The notes: generated by a model not told the origin, from the sequence alone. Counted from the whole stretch's first letter, positions 37,041 through 49,760 are shown. The stretch is DNA of 63,848 nt, filler included, from Lama guanicoe (GCA_013239625.1; 194 parts of 194 records of this genome joined end to end with filler, not necessarily neighbours in it); one strand, 5' to 3'. A program made the numbers and translations.

Positions 37041-39200
37041 GCCCTTTTTATCCCCCACATTTGACTCAGAGGAAATAGGCCTGAATGCTCTTTAGGATGA
37101 ATGACACGGACCATAACTCCNNNNNNNNNNNNNNNNNNNNNNNNNNNNNNNNNNNNNNNNNNNNTTAATTAATTAANNNNNNNNNNNNNNNNNNNNNNNN
37201 NNNNNNNNNNNNNNNNNNNNAATCTCTGGTAAGTACACTATTTATATTAATATTCTGTGGTTCCCTCATGCCTCTTTAGATATATTTTTAGCCTGTCGTC
37301 AAATTCTTGAGGTTGGTCCAGAAGTTGGGGTGGGGAATGATGAGAACACTCACTTCAAACTTGTTAGCTCTGTCTCTTGCCCTCTCACTCCCACAGCCAG
37401 TGGACACAGAAAAGGTAATAGGCCCATGACTCTGATTCTTATCTGGACTTNNNNNNNNNNNNNNNNNNNNNNNNNNNNNNNNNNNNNNNNNNNNTTAATT
37501 AATTAANNNNNNNNNNNNNNNNNNNNNNNNNNNNNNNNNNNNNNNNNNNNATTGGCTATGAAAGTAATTCTGACTACCACATTTTTATGCACACAGTGTG
37601 TAAGTGTGCACTACGCACTTGGCCATGTCACGACATTGCTAACCTTTTCACAACTGGCCAAACCACCTACAAGGCCAAGTCAATTAGCTAATTCTAAATA
37701 TCTTACTTTTCTTACATACTTTTGGCAACAAAAGTTACTATTTCAGGAACATATGTATATATAAACCAGATGCATTCCATNNNNNNNNNNNNNNNNNNNN
37801 NNNNNNNNNNNNNNNNNNNNNNNNTTAATTAATTAANNNNNNNNNNNNNNNNNNNNNNNNNNNNNNNNNNNNNNNNNNNNCCCTAAAGGGTCTCTGGTGT
37901 GTTTGGCACTTAAAAGGGGCCAAATATATGTCTGTTGAAAGAGTGAGTGGATGAATGAGCCCATAACGAGCAGTGCTGGTCACTTTTCATTCGTGGTGTC
38001 CCCCAGCCCCCTGGTTCCATCCGCTGCCTGGCTCTGTGCCTGATGGACTGCATCCCCCGCTGGTGCCTGGTTGGGTCTGGCCAATGGGGACAGCAGCTGG
38101 AGGTCAGAGGNNNNNNNNNNNNNNNNNNNNNNNNNNNNNNNNNNNNNNNNNNNNTTAATTAATTAANNNNNNNNNNNNNNNNNNNNNNNNNNNNNNNNNN
38201 NNNNNNNNNNCACAAAGAGCTGTGAGACCTGGAGCCCCAAGCGAGGAAGTGTCAGGTCTCGCTGGCCAGTCAGCCTCAGCAAGGGGACTGCAGATGTCTT
38301 TCCAGTGATCGCCTAAAACATGAGACTTGCTATCGGTCCCTTCTCCCCTGATACGCCTGTCAAGGACCCCAAGTAAGGAACAGGGAAGGCAGGCTGAGCT
38401 AATCCAATCGCCTCATCTTGCAGACACCCGGAGATAACAANNNNNNNNNNNNNNNNNNNNNNNNNNNNNNNNNNNNNNNNNNNNTTAATTAATTAANNNN
38501 NNNNNNNNNNNNNNNNNNNNNNNNNNNNNNNNNNNNNNNNGCTTCACCAGCTTCTCCTCTTGTTCTAAGAATGTTCAGTTGTGCCTATGGTGTCCCAGGC
38601 CCTGCTTCTAGTACATGAGGAGTATCAGCTCCAATTCCCATCTCTTTCACAGAGACACGAAGGCCCTGAAGCTGGCAGCCCCTAGTGACGAGGGAGCCAG
38701 CTGGGTTGGGGAAGGTCCCAGGTGGTCCCAGAGCTGCCACACCGGCCTTGATGCCCTGGCTGTGGCCACTNNNNNNNNNNNNNNNNNNNNNNNNNNNNNN
38801 NNNNNNNNNNNNNNTTAATTAATTAANNNNNNNNNNNNNNNNNNNNNNNNNNNNNNNNNNNNNNNNNNNNACTTCATGGTAAAAAGTAAGACTGGGAACC
38901 ATGAATGACTTTCTCCTCTTAGAGATCCACATTATTTAGTAACATGTTACAGATGTGAAGAATTGTACGTAGCAAGAGAAGCCTGTTTAACTTTGTTGAG
39001 TCCAAATGTTTCCAAGCATATTTGATTATAGAACATGTTTCCAGTACTATAGACTTAATCCTATCTTGGCACAAGTGTTCTGGGAGACAGCACTTTGAGA
39101 NNNNNNNNNNNNNNNNNNNNNNNNNNNNNNNNNNNNNNNNNNNNTTAATTAATTAANNNNNNNNNNNNNNNNNNNNNNNNNNNNNNNNNNNNNNNNNNNN

Positions 39201-39318
39201 ATACACATTTAATAAAATATGTGTGCTTTCCTCCTATTGATCTGCCTTTCTTAGTTTAATTTTCAGACCCAGCCAGGGAACCTCACACTGTGCGGAAGAA
39301 AAGTTTTTCTTCTCAGAC
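39201..39318 (+). mobile_element. ERV1-type LTR 3' end abutting an L1MC-like 3' fragment (39319-39430)
   Basis: AATAAA, then tttaattttcagacccagcc...aaagtttttcttctcagaCA (LTR terminus), followed by ttgtcaaaac...tgtaaactgtagacttt...taatattggttcatcaatt. Confidence 0.55.
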
Positions 39319-40294
39319 AATGACTTTATCCACTTGTCAAAACTTATCCAAAATGAATAACAAATCCTACTGTAAACTGTAGACTTTAATCAATAATGTA
39401 TTAATATTGGTTCATCAATTATAAGAAAAGNNNNNNNNNNNNNNNNNNNNNNNNNNNNNNNNNNNNNNNNNNNNTTAATTAATTAANNNNNNNNNNNNNN
39501 NNNNNNNNNNNNNNNNNNNNNNNNNNNNNNAAAATGAGATACTCTTTTGTGGCTCAAATTGGAAAGATTTTTAAAATGAGGGGAAAAAAATCCCTATCCA
39601 AAGCTGAGAAATCCAAAACGTCCATTGGCACACATTTTCTGAAGAGCCATTGGGCAATGCACATCAACATTATCAGAATATGGGGCTGTAATTGGACAGA
39701 TATGCACAGATGCACGTTCCAGTAAGGGATGCTGGCGGAAGAAGTTATGAGATGTCCATGNNNNNNNNNNNNNNNNNNNNNNNNNNNNNNNNNNNNNNNN
39801 NNNNTTAATTAATTAANNNNNNNNNNNNNNNNNNNNNNNNNNNNNNNNNNNNNNNNNNNNGACTCCTGTGTCACTTGTCTTATATTTTTTGTGTCCCAAC
39901 TTTTGTTGCCGCTTCAAAATGGTAATTATTTCAAAGATTTCAAACATACAGAATGTGCACAGCATATGTTTAATACTGTCTAATTCTCCTGCTCTTCTTC
40001 CAACAAGCCAGATCCATGCTTCTGTTCTTTTCATGTGTGTGTGTCCTTTGAGACGGTTGTATTGAAAAGGCCGGTGTTAAATTCTCATTGNNNNNNNNNN
40101 NNNNNNNNNNNNNNNNNNNNNNNNNNNNNNNNNNTTAATTAATTAANNNNNNNNNNNNNNNNNNNNNNNNNNNNNNNNNNNNNNNNNNNNTTTTGAGTCA
40201 CCCTTTCATCCAAGGTGGGCTAGTAGTCAGGAGCTCAGAGTTCTAGGCTTACCTTTGTTCAGCATGGTAGTCTTTGGTCTAGATATGATTGCCT

Positions 40295-40420
40295 TAATTT
40301 TTCTATTATGGGTGTGACAAGTTCCCATAAACTAAGCAGCTTAAAACAACACAGACTTACTATGTTACAGCTCTGCAGGGCATAAGTCAGGCTGCTTACT
40401 GGCCTTACTAGGCTGAAAAC
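40295..40420. mobile_element. MaLR (MLT1-type) LTR fragment
   Basis: cataaactaagcagcttaaaacaacacagacttact...ttacagctctgcagg. Confidence 0.7.
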
Positions 40421-40883
40421 NNNNNNNNNNNNNNNNNNNNNNNNNNNNNNNNNNNNNNNNNNNNTTAATTAATTAANNNNNNNNNNNNNNNNNNNNNNNN
40501 NNNNNNNNNNNNNNNNNNNNTCCCCCTTATATTTAGGCCCTTTGAGAGATGCACACCTTTTACTCCTTAGTAACTCCAACCCTATCCATTTACTGAATGA
40601 GACTTCACAGTGAAGCATCCTGCTATAGTTTCTGTCTCCCCCAAAGGGGGAAATGTTTCCAGCATGTGAGAGCAGCCATCAAAGTATGTGTGAAATTAAT
40701 CAAGTGGCCCTGAGACATCTTTTACTCATTTTGTCTCTGATGATACTACANNNNNNNNNNNNNNNNNNNNNNNNNNNNNNNNNNNNNNNNNNNNTTAATT
40801 AATTAANNNNNNNNNNNNNNNNNNNNNNNNNNNNNNNNNNNNNNNNNNNNCTCCACATCTCCTCTGTCCACCATCTTTCCTCT

Positions 40884-41080
40884 AGAGCAGGGTGGCAAGT
40901 TCTGTGGTCTATAGGCCGAATCCAGCCATCACTCTGTTTCACCGAAAAAAAAAAAAAAATCTGAACATGGTCCCTCCCATTCACATATGTACTGTCTGAG
41001 GCTGCTTTCTCAATAAAAGGAGAGAGTTGAATGGTTGTGACAGTGACCACATAGTCTGCAAACCTGAAATACTTACTATC
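40884..41080. mobile_element. MER58A (hAT-Charlie) DNA transposon fossil
   Basis: cagggtggcaag...ggccgaatccagcc...ggctgcttt...gagttgaatggttgtgacag...aaacctgaaatacttactatc. Confidence 0.8.
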
Positions 41081-41180
41081 NNNNNNNNNNNNNNNNNNNN
41101 NNNNNNNNNNNNNNNNNNNNNNNNTTAATTAATTAANNNNNNNNNNNNNNNNNNNNNNNNNNNNNNNNNNNNNNNNNNNN

Positions 41181-41410
41181 CTGTAATTTTTTGAGGTATT
41201 TGTTCCAGTTTTAGTAGTAGTGTGATACATAAATGTGGGTTAGGGACCCTTCCTTCCTCTCAAAATTTTTGGAATTCTCTGAGAAGTATAGGTGATAGTT
41301 CTTCTCTTAATGTTTGACTGAATTCACCTGTGAAGCTTTCTTGGAATTTTGTTTCTTGGGTGATTTTGTTTAATAACTTATTCAATTTCATTAGTGATAA
41401 TCTGTTCATA
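41181..41410 (-). mobile_element. LINE-1 ORF2 fragment
   Basis: ttccttcctct...ttttggaat...gagaagtatagg...ttcttct...aatgtttg...aattcacctgtgaagc. Confidence 0.75.
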
Positions 41411-41840
41411 NNNNNNNNNNNNNNNNNNNNNNNNNNNNNNNNNNNNNNNNNNNNTTAATTAATTAANNNNNNNNNNNNNNNNNNNNNNNNNNNNNNNNNN
41501 NNNNNNNNNNTAAGGAGAGGAGAGACTCATAGACCCAGCTCCTTCAACACGGGGAAAACAAGAGAGATATTTGGTAGACATCCCCTGTGTTTTAAAGTAC
41601 AGTGTACTGACAGAAAATCTGAGGTAAAATGAGTACACCAGCTCAGGAGATGATTGCTATTGAAAAGACAGTTTGTTATTCACAGTTCCCAAAAGCAGGG
41701 GGCATGCTACGCCAGGAGGGACACATGGGGAAGCACCGGGNNNNNNNNNNNNNNNNNNNNNNNNNNNNNNNNNNNNNNNNNNNNTTAATTAATTAANNNN
41801 NNNNNNNNNNNNNNNNNNNNNNNNNNNNNNNNNNNNNNNN

Positions 41841-42070
41841 TGAAATTGCTGGATCATATATATGGAAAATCTATTTTTAATTTTTTAAAAAAAATCTCTA
41901 TATTGATTTCCATACAGGCTGCACCAATTTACAATCTGACCAATAGCACCAAGTGTACATTTTTCTCCTCACTTATTATTTGTTGTGTTTTTGTTGATAG
42001 CTACTCTGACAGGTGTGAGGTGGTATCTCATTGTGGTTTTGCTTTGTATTTCTGTGATGATTAGCAGAGT
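41841..42070 (-). mobile_element. LINE-1 ORF2 3' fragment
   Basis: aattgctggatcatat...ggctgcaccaatttaca...tctgacaggtgtgaggtggtatctcattgtggtttt. Confidence 0.9.
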
Positions 42071-42502
42071 NNNNNNNNNNNNNNNNNNNNNNNNNNNNNN
42101 NNNNNNNNNNNNNNTTAATTAATTAANNNNNNNNNNNNNNNNNNNNNNNNNNNNNNNNNNNNNNNNNNNNAAGCTGAGAGGGCAGCACGATATGGTGAGG
42201 AGTGATGTTAAATTTGGAGACAAGAGCTTGGCATTGAAGACCATCCTCCAGTGCTTTGCAGCCCAGAAGCCTCCGACAAGTCCTGTCCAAAGGAAAAATC
42301 AGTGGTATTCCTTCCAGATTTTCACAAAGCTCCTTTCTGGTGAGGATGGCATGAACTTGATCTTGGGAATATTTCCTAGGAGGCTCACAGAAACTCATCT
42401 NNNNNNNNNNNNNNNNNNNNNNNNNNNNNNNNNNNNNNNNNNNNTTAATTAATTAANNNNNNNNNNNNNNNNNNNNNNNNNNNNNNNNNNNNNNNNNNNN
42501 TT

Positions 42503-42730
42503 GCTGGCCTGCAGTAAGGGCATGGGCCCTGAGGTGTCGCAGAGCCTTAGCACCTTGTCACAGCTCTCCAGGTCCAGGTAGCTGGGTGTGGACTCCAGGA
42601 AGGATTCCAATTGGTAGATTTCAACACAGGTGGGGCTGCTGCAGGTGGGCACCTTGGCCACTTTCATGCAGAGCTTGTAGCGGTGCAGGTTCGGGTTGCA
42701 CAGGGTCCAGGAGAAGCGCAAAGCACTGGC
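42503..42730 (-). CDS. Unidentified putative protein-coding exon fragment (or retrocopy)
   Basis: Frame open across the whole contig: [76 protein letters not shown]. By hand count 63 of 76 codons end in G/C. Confidence 0.6.
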
Positions 42731-45470
42731 NNNNNNNNNNNNNNNNNNNNNNNNNNNNNNNNNNNNNNNNNNNNTTAATTAATTAANNNNNNNNNNNNNN
42801 NNNNNNNNNNNNNNNNNNNNNNNNNNNNNNAGTGTAAGCTTCTGTCTCAGGATTTATGAGCATTAAAAAGACATAACTCAAACTAACGTGCCGAACATAG
42901 GGCCTGACTCCTGGGAAGTGCTCAGAAAGCGTCGGCAGTTGCCACCACCATCACAGTTGGCCAGACCATAAAGTGGGGGGAGTGAGCTCCCAGGCAGGAG
43001 GAAGGGCACATGGATGTGTGTTTATAATGTGCAAATGGTGCTGCAGACCCTGAGAGGGAGNNNNNNNNNNNNNNNNNNNNNNNNNNNNNNNNNNNNNNNN
43101 NNNNTTAATTAATTAANNNNNNNNNNNNNNNNNNNNNNNNNNNNNNNNNNNNNNNNNNNNCCTTATGGGGCACCTGCCATAATCCCATCAACAGAGTTTG
43201 ATTTTTCACAGAACAAAGATAGGCAGGCATCAACTGGTAGAAATCCCCAAAGCAAGGAATTGTGTAGGGGCTGATTACCCATTTGAAATCAGGAGTGGAA
43301 AATAGAACAAAACACGTATCATCCTTAACTCATGCTCCAGGGCGCCTTTTTTCAAAGTCCCCTCCTATACTAGGGACAAGTCCCAGCCCCNNNNNNNNNN
43401 NNNNNNNNNNNNNNNNNNNNNNNNNNNNNNNNNNTTAATTAATTAANNNNNNNNNNNNNNNNNNNNNNNNNNNNNNNNNNNNNNNNNNNNGGGGGGAGAC
43501 ACGGGGCTGCAGTCCCCTGAGCCGCACGGGGGGAGCGGGAGACCCCGAGCGCCGAGGAAAGCTGGCTCCAGGACGCACCAGGCGGCAGAGAGCCCCCCAG
43601 ACACCCCGCTTGGGAAAGTGCCCCCGATCGGGTCCTGTTTGATCAGAAAGGCTTTGTTTTATGACTCTCCGCACTTCCTTCTCACCCTATTCACAGACTC
43701 ACAGAAGAGTAAGAAAGAGANNNNNNNNNNNNNNNNNNNNNNNNNNNNNNNNNNNNNNNNNNNNTTAATTAATTAANNNNNNNNNNNNNNNNNNNNNNNN
43801 NNNNNNNNNNNNNNNNNNNNTCAGCCACTGTTCTGCTGGATGTAGTCAATGAGACATCTAATGGGAAGTTCTGATCAGACTTGGGGAAGGAAGACAGAAG
43901 GGAGGCTATTTCTCCTTCTCTGCCTTGGGGATTATCGCTGGTAGCAGATGTATCTCCTCCTTGACTCCAGCTACCACTAAAAAAACCCGCCCTGGTTCCA
44001 GCTTCCTTCAGGTAACCCTGACCACTGGGCTCTGATAACATCACCTCCTCNNNNNNNNNNNNNNNNNNNNNNNNNNNNNNNNNNNNNNNNNNNNTTAATT
44101 AATTAANNNNNNNNNNNNNNNNNNNNNNNNNNNNNNNNNNNNNNNNNNNNAGTAGCATGCAAGAGGAAGATGCTTTTACAAAGAAGCTGGAAAGACAGCC
44201 CAAGGATTTCGGGTAAATTCCAGGCTGCGCACCTGGCCCATAAGGCCCCGCAGAGCCGGGCCTGGCCCACGTCCTTGACCTCACCTCCCGCCCTCTCCCC
44301 TTGACCTTGGGCTCAGGACAGAGCATGGGGCTTAAAGGTAAAAGGTGAGCCCCCGTGTCCCCTGGGCTTTGTCCCGACCTNNNNNNNNNNNNNNNNNNNN
44401 NNNNNNNNNNNNNNNNNNNNNNNNTTAATTAATTAANNNNNNNNNNNNNNNNNNNNNNNNNNNNNNNNNNNNNNNNNNNNTAATTTGGCCTGCATATGTG
44501 TGACTTTGACCTCTGTTCCTAATTTCAAATGGCTAGAATCAAGAGATTAAATTTCTTATTTTTTGCATGCAGAAACTAAAGGATAAAAATGCTTAAAAAT
44601 ATACTAAAATTTTTGTTTTCTTGTCACTGTTATTTCACCCTTCATAAGTACAATTATGCATACTGAGTATTAATTTTACCATGATTCTGAATTCTTGTAA
44701 TATAAAGAATNNNNNNNNNNNNNNNNNNNNNNNNNNNNNNNNNNNNNNNNNNNNTTAATTAATTAANNNNNNNNNNNNNNNNNNNNNNNNNNNNNNNNNN
44801 NNNNNNNNNNAAAAAAATAAGGGAGGGGGAGGGAAAATAAGGGACGGGGGTGGTTGATCATTGTAATCTTCTTGCTGCAGGCATTCTTTGTTCTTGCAGG
44901 CATCCCCATGGGCTAGGTCCTGGTGTCCCTGTAAATCTCCAACAAAACAAAGCTTATTCTCTACTGCATACTTATGTTCAGGTCGAGGGTCCTGCAAATT
45001 AACTGACAAAAGACAGGTTAACAGAAGAACTGACAAAATGNNNNNNNNNNNNNNNNNNNNNNNNNNNNNNNNNNNNNNNNNNNNTTAATTAATTAANNNN
45101 NNNNNNNNNNNNNNNNNNNNNNNNNNNNNNNNNNNNNNNNGAAAACATTCTTGCACTTCAACAAACTGAGTTTATATTGAGGAGAAAAAATATTGGCATT
45201 ATGGACCTTAAAATATGCCAGATAAGATTTTTTCATTACTATTTTGTAGAACTAGAATCAATAGTGATCTGTATAAACTGAATTAAGTTAATTCTGTAGC
45301 AGAAGAATAACCAAAATGACATTTAAATGCCTCTTCCAGTTCCAATTTTAAAAATTTCCCATTATGTTTANNNNNNNNNNNNNNNNNNNNNNNNNNNNNN
45401 NNNNNNNNNNNNNNTTAATTAATTAANNNNNNNNNNNNNNNNNNNNNNNNNNNNNNNNNNNNNNNNNNNN

Positions 45471-45700
45471 GACCTCTTCTCACCCAATGCAGAAGTCAGC
45501 ATCTCCCAGTTTGTAGAGAGCACTGAATCCATCAGCACACCCTCACTTCCCGCGAGCCACCTAGAAAGCACTGCATCCACCTTTCCATGTTTGTTTTCAA
45601 CACAGGTGCTCCTATTTATATCCCTGGAAAACCCCCATGGGGGTTGCTGCACATCCTGCCCCTTTTGGCTTTCTCTGGACCATACACTACCCATTCTCCT
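45471..45700. repeat. Near-duplicate contig of 7897-8125 (bubble arm)
   Basis: Same endpoints, one base longer. Confidence 0.97.
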
Positions 45701-46460
45701 NNNNNNNNNNNNNNNNNNNNNNNNNNNNNNNNNNNNNNNNNNNNTTAATTAATTAANNNNNNNNNNNNNNNNNNNNNNNNNNNNNNNNNNNNNNNNNNNN
45801 TCCATATGCCTCTCCTTCTTACTCTTTGCCCTGAACAAATAACCCAGTAGACAGTTCAGTTAAAGCACAGATTTATTTTATTCCAAATCCTCTGTCCTAT
45901 AAAAGTTCTGTCTACCACCATACAGAAGAGACTCAGGAATAGGGTCCCCAAGCGTACTGCATGATTCACACGAGAGAGGGCGAGGCAAAAGCCGACACAG
46001 GAAGCAGCACTCACCTGTCCACAATGATGCNNNNNNNNNNNNNNNNNNNNNNNNNNNNNNNNNNNNNNNNNNNNTTAATTAATTAANNNNNNNNNNNNNN
46101 NNNNNNNNNNNNNNNNNNNNNNNNNNNNNNGCAGACTCGGGTTTGTGTGGATCTCACACACAAGACTTCCAAAGGTTTGCAGCGCAAAGCGGGCCCCACT
46201 TCTTGGGGCATCATCCAGAACTCAAGCTCTTTCTCTGTTCCTTCTCTGAAGTCCTGAACAGAGAGCATGGCTCAGGCTCCGAGTGCGCAGTGCAGAGAGG
46301 CAGGAATGGGGCGAGACCAGCACAAATGTCAGAAGTCATGTCAAGGTGCCTTTGTAGAATNNNNNNNNNNNNNNNNNNNNNNNNNNNNNNNNNNNNNNNN
46401 NNNNTTAATTAATTAANNNNNNNNNNNNNNNNNNNNNNNNNNNNNNNNNNNNNNNNNNNN

Positions 46461-46690
46461 TTTTTTTATAATGCGATACAACATACATCACATGAAATTT
46501 ACCATTTTAACTGTTTTCAGGTGTACGATTCAGTGGCCCTAAGCCCATCCACGCTGGCGAGCAGCCATCACTACCACCATCTCCAGACCTTTTTCATCTT
46601 CCCCAAAGGAAACTCTGCTCCCACTGAACACCCACCCCCCACCCCCTGCCCGGCCGCTGGCACCCCATTCTGCCTTCTGTCTCTGAATTG
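46461..46690 (-). mobile_element. L1MB-type 3' end
   Basis: aaatttaccattttaac...gtgtacgattcagtggc...ccatctccagacctttttcatcttcccc. Confidence 0.8.
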
Positions 46691-46949
46691 NNNNNNNNNN
46701 NNNNNNNNNNNNNNNNNNNNNNNNNNNNNNNNNNTTAATTAATTAANNNNNNNNNNNNNNNNNNNNNNNNNNNNNNNNNNNNNNNNNNNNACTTTTCAAC
46801 TTTCAAAGTCACTCTTCACTTCAGTGACTCTTAACATTTTTGAGAATTATCTTAGTAATCTGGGGGATAAGTGACCTGCCCATTGCTAACACTACAACCA
46901 CCACCACCAAGGAGAGAGTTACTTTTTTCTCTACCAAAGTTTTTTTTAT

Positions 46950-47020
46950 AATCATGCAAATGGAACCAACCAGAAAGCAGGGGTAGCAATACTCGTATCA
47001 GACAAAACAGACTTTAAAAC
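46950..47020 (+). mobile_element. LINE-1 ORF2 endonuclease fragment
   Basis: catgcaaatggaaccaaccagaaagcaggggtagcaatactcgtatcagacaaaacagactttaaa encodes HANGTNQKAGVAILVSDKTDFK. Confidence 0.9.
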
Positions 47021-47120
47021 NNNNNNNNNNNNNNNNNNNNNNNNNNNNNNNNNNNNNNNNNNNNTTAATTAATTAANNNNNNNNNNNNNNNNNNNNNNNN
47101 NNNNNNNNNNNNNNNNNNNN

Positions 47121-47350
47121 TTCCTGAGCTCTGTATTCAGTTCCATTCATCTGTGGGTTTGTGTTTATGCCAATGCCATACTGTTTTGATCACTATAGCT
47201 TTGTAATATAGCTTGACATGAGGGAATGTGATGCCTCCAGCTTTGTTCTTCTTTCTGAAGATTGCTTTGGCTATTGGGTGTCCTTTGTGGTTCCATACAA
47301 GTTTTAGGATGGTTTGTTCTATTTTTGTGAAGAATGCCATTGGATTTTAT
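47121..47350 (-). mobile_element. LINE-1 ORF2 fragment (post-RT)
   Basis: Antisense translation [18 protein letters not shown]...[18 protein letters not shown]...[15 protein letters not shown]. Confidence 0.95.
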
Positions 47351-47804
47351 NNNNNNNNNNNNNNNNNNNNNNNNNNNNNNNNNNNNNNNNNNNNTTAATT
47401 AATTAANNNNNNNNNNNNNNNNNNNNNNNNNNNNNNNNNNNNNNNNNNNNAATTCTCACAATTCTACAAAGCAGATATGAGCGTCCCCATCACACAGACA
47501 ATGGAAAAACTCAGTATGAACTGACTCGGGTTCTCGTGGCTCAGTGGCAGTGGGTGCATGCAAACAAAGCTACACCCCTTCCTATATATACCAAATCACC
47601 TCCCACCAATTAACACACAGTGGCAGGGTCAATACTTAGGGAACCCAGTACAGTTTTCAGCTTTAAGGTGCTCCAGAGGCNNNNNNNNNNNNNNNNNNNN
47701 NNNNNNNNNNNNNNNNNNNNNNNNTTAATTAATTAANNNNNNNNNNNNNNNNNNNNNNNNNNNNNNNNNNNNNNNNNNNNAGGGTACCACTGTCCGTGGA
47801 TCGG

Positions 47805-47910
47805 GACTGCAACCTCAGGACCTCATGTAACGTCAGTCATGTCCTTAAAGGCCCTATCTCCACACACAGTCACATATGAGTTTGGGGAGGACACAATTCA
47901 GTCCATAGCA
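47805..47910. mobile_element. MaLR (MLT1A/B-type) LTR end
   Basis: aaaggccctatctcca...cagtcacat...ggacacaattcagtccatagca. Confidence 0.75.
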
Positions 47911-48139
47911 GCAGCCTGCCTGAATTACAATCCCGAGATTCCATGGCCAGTCTTTCCAGGGTGAAGACCGAGAAGACAAACACAGGGTCAAGGAGCTCAG
48001 AGTCAGGGTANNNNNNNNNNNNNNNNNNNNNNNNNNNNNNNNNNNNNNNNNNNNTTAATTAATTAANNNNNNNNNNNNNNNNNNNNNNNNNNNNNNNNNN
48101 NNNNNNNNNNCCTATAATGATATAGATTATGAAAACGAA

Positions 48140-48230
48140 TATGTGTGTGTATATATATACATATATACATATATACATATATATGTATATGTACATATAC
48201 ATATATATACATATATACATATATACATAT

Positions 48231-48261
<31 letters not shown>

Positions 48262-48285
48262 TATATATACACACACATATATATG
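48140..48285 (+). repeat. (TA)n/(TATACA)n microsatellite within an L1 3' end
   Basis: Direct; flanked by gctgtataccagaaactgacacattgtaactgac, an L1 terminal motif. Confidence 0.9.
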
Positions 48286-48552
48286 AATGAATGGGACATA
48301 ATGCTGTATACCAGAAACTGACACATTGTAACTGACCATANNNNNNNNNNNNNNNNNNNNNNNNNNNNNNNNNNNNNNNNNNNNTTAATTAATTAANNNN
48401 NNNNNNNNNNNNNNNNNNNNNNNNNNNNNNNNNNNNNNNNGTGGACCTCTCTGGTTTTAAACATTTAGATTCCAACTTTTATTTACAGAATAGAGTACAA
48501 GGTATGAGCACATGTAACAATTTTTATTTCCATAAGAATTTTTAATTTTGAT

Positions 48553-48670
48553 GGGGAGGGCATAACTCCATGGTAGAGCATATGCTTAGGATGAATGAGG
48601 TCATGGGTTTATTCCTCATTACCTCTATTAAATAAATAAATAAATCTTATTACCTACCCTCCCCAAGAAA
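48553..48670 (+). mobile_element. Vic-1-like tRNA-derived SINE, near full length, diverged
   Basis: ggggagggcataactccatggtagagcatatgcttagg...gaggtcatgggttt...ctattaaataaataaataaa...ttacct. Confidence 0.8.
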
Positions 48671-49100
48671 NNNNNNNNNNNNNNNNNNNNNNNNNNNNNN
48701 NNNNNNNNNNNNNNTTAATTAATTAANNNNNNNNNNNNNNNNNNNNNNNNNNNNNNNNNNNNNNNNNNNNTCTGCCTTTTTTATCTATTTGTTCCTAGAG
48801 TGGAAGCCACCAGAAATCCTTCGGGGAAAGAGCCAAATAAAAATGCTCTTAAAAAAACCCAGAAAAGGTTTAGCTTTCGAGGAACTCTCAAATTCATCCA
48901 TCAGCAGATGGACGAAGGAGTATTTTGCATTATGTTCTTTCAAGGTGAGAACAGAAAAAAGAAACAGAAATGGAGAACGCTTGCCCCTACCAACAGGAGA
49001 NNNNNNNNNNNNNNNNNNNNNNNNNNNNNNNNNNNNNNNNNNNNTTAATTAATTAANNNNNNNNNNNNNNNNNNNNNNNNNNNNNNNNNNNNNNNNNNNN

Positions 49101-49330
49101 TGATTGTCAAATACATGAATGGAGGGATGGTATAATGACGGATTCTGCATGAGAATGATGGGTATTCACTGGGGAAAGATTCCTGGTAGAGGCAGACCCT
49201 GAAATAAGAATTAAGAAAGTGGAGTTATTATAACTAAAATAATATGATTAGCTGGTTTTGTCATTCACAAGATATTGATGCTGGTGAGTCATGTGCCATA
49301 GCCTTCCTGTTTTCAGTTAAAGTTCCCAGA
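49101..49330. repeat. Near-duplicate contig of 49761-49990 (bubble arm)
   Basis: Same endpoints, 4 substitutions, 49-bp identical flanks. Confidence 0.97.
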
Positions 49331-49760
49331 NNNNNNNNNNNNNNNNNNNNNNNNNNNNNNNNNNNNNNNNNNNNTTAATTAATTAANNNNNNNNNNNNNN
49401 NNNNNNNNNNNNNNNNNNNNNNNNNNNNNNGCTTTAGAAGAATGGGTTGACATTTCACAAGATGCATATATACAGTATATTAAAGACATTTAGTCCAATA
49501 GACAGACTATATGGATCCTGAAATCAACAGGTGTAGGAAGCAGTGCCCTACGTTCTATAATTCCCAACGAACCTTTTGGGAACATCGTGCTTCCCGTCCC
49601 TGCAGCCCTGCTTCCCATAATGCAAGCAGTTCCAATTTCCTAATGAGAGAACAATTTTTTNNNNNNNNNNNNNNNNNNNNNNNNNNNNNNNNNNNNNNNN
49701 NNNNTTAATTAATTAANNNNNNNNNNNNNNNNNNNNNNNNNNNNNNNNNNNNNNNNNNNN

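Noticed and set aside
42123..42452. Overlapping ORFs open on both strands
   Set aside because: No obvious codon bias, splice signals or recognisable motif; plausible by chance in 230 bp.
48059..48339. Tyr/Ile/Met-rich ORFs
   Set aside because: Translation of a (TA)n microsatellite.
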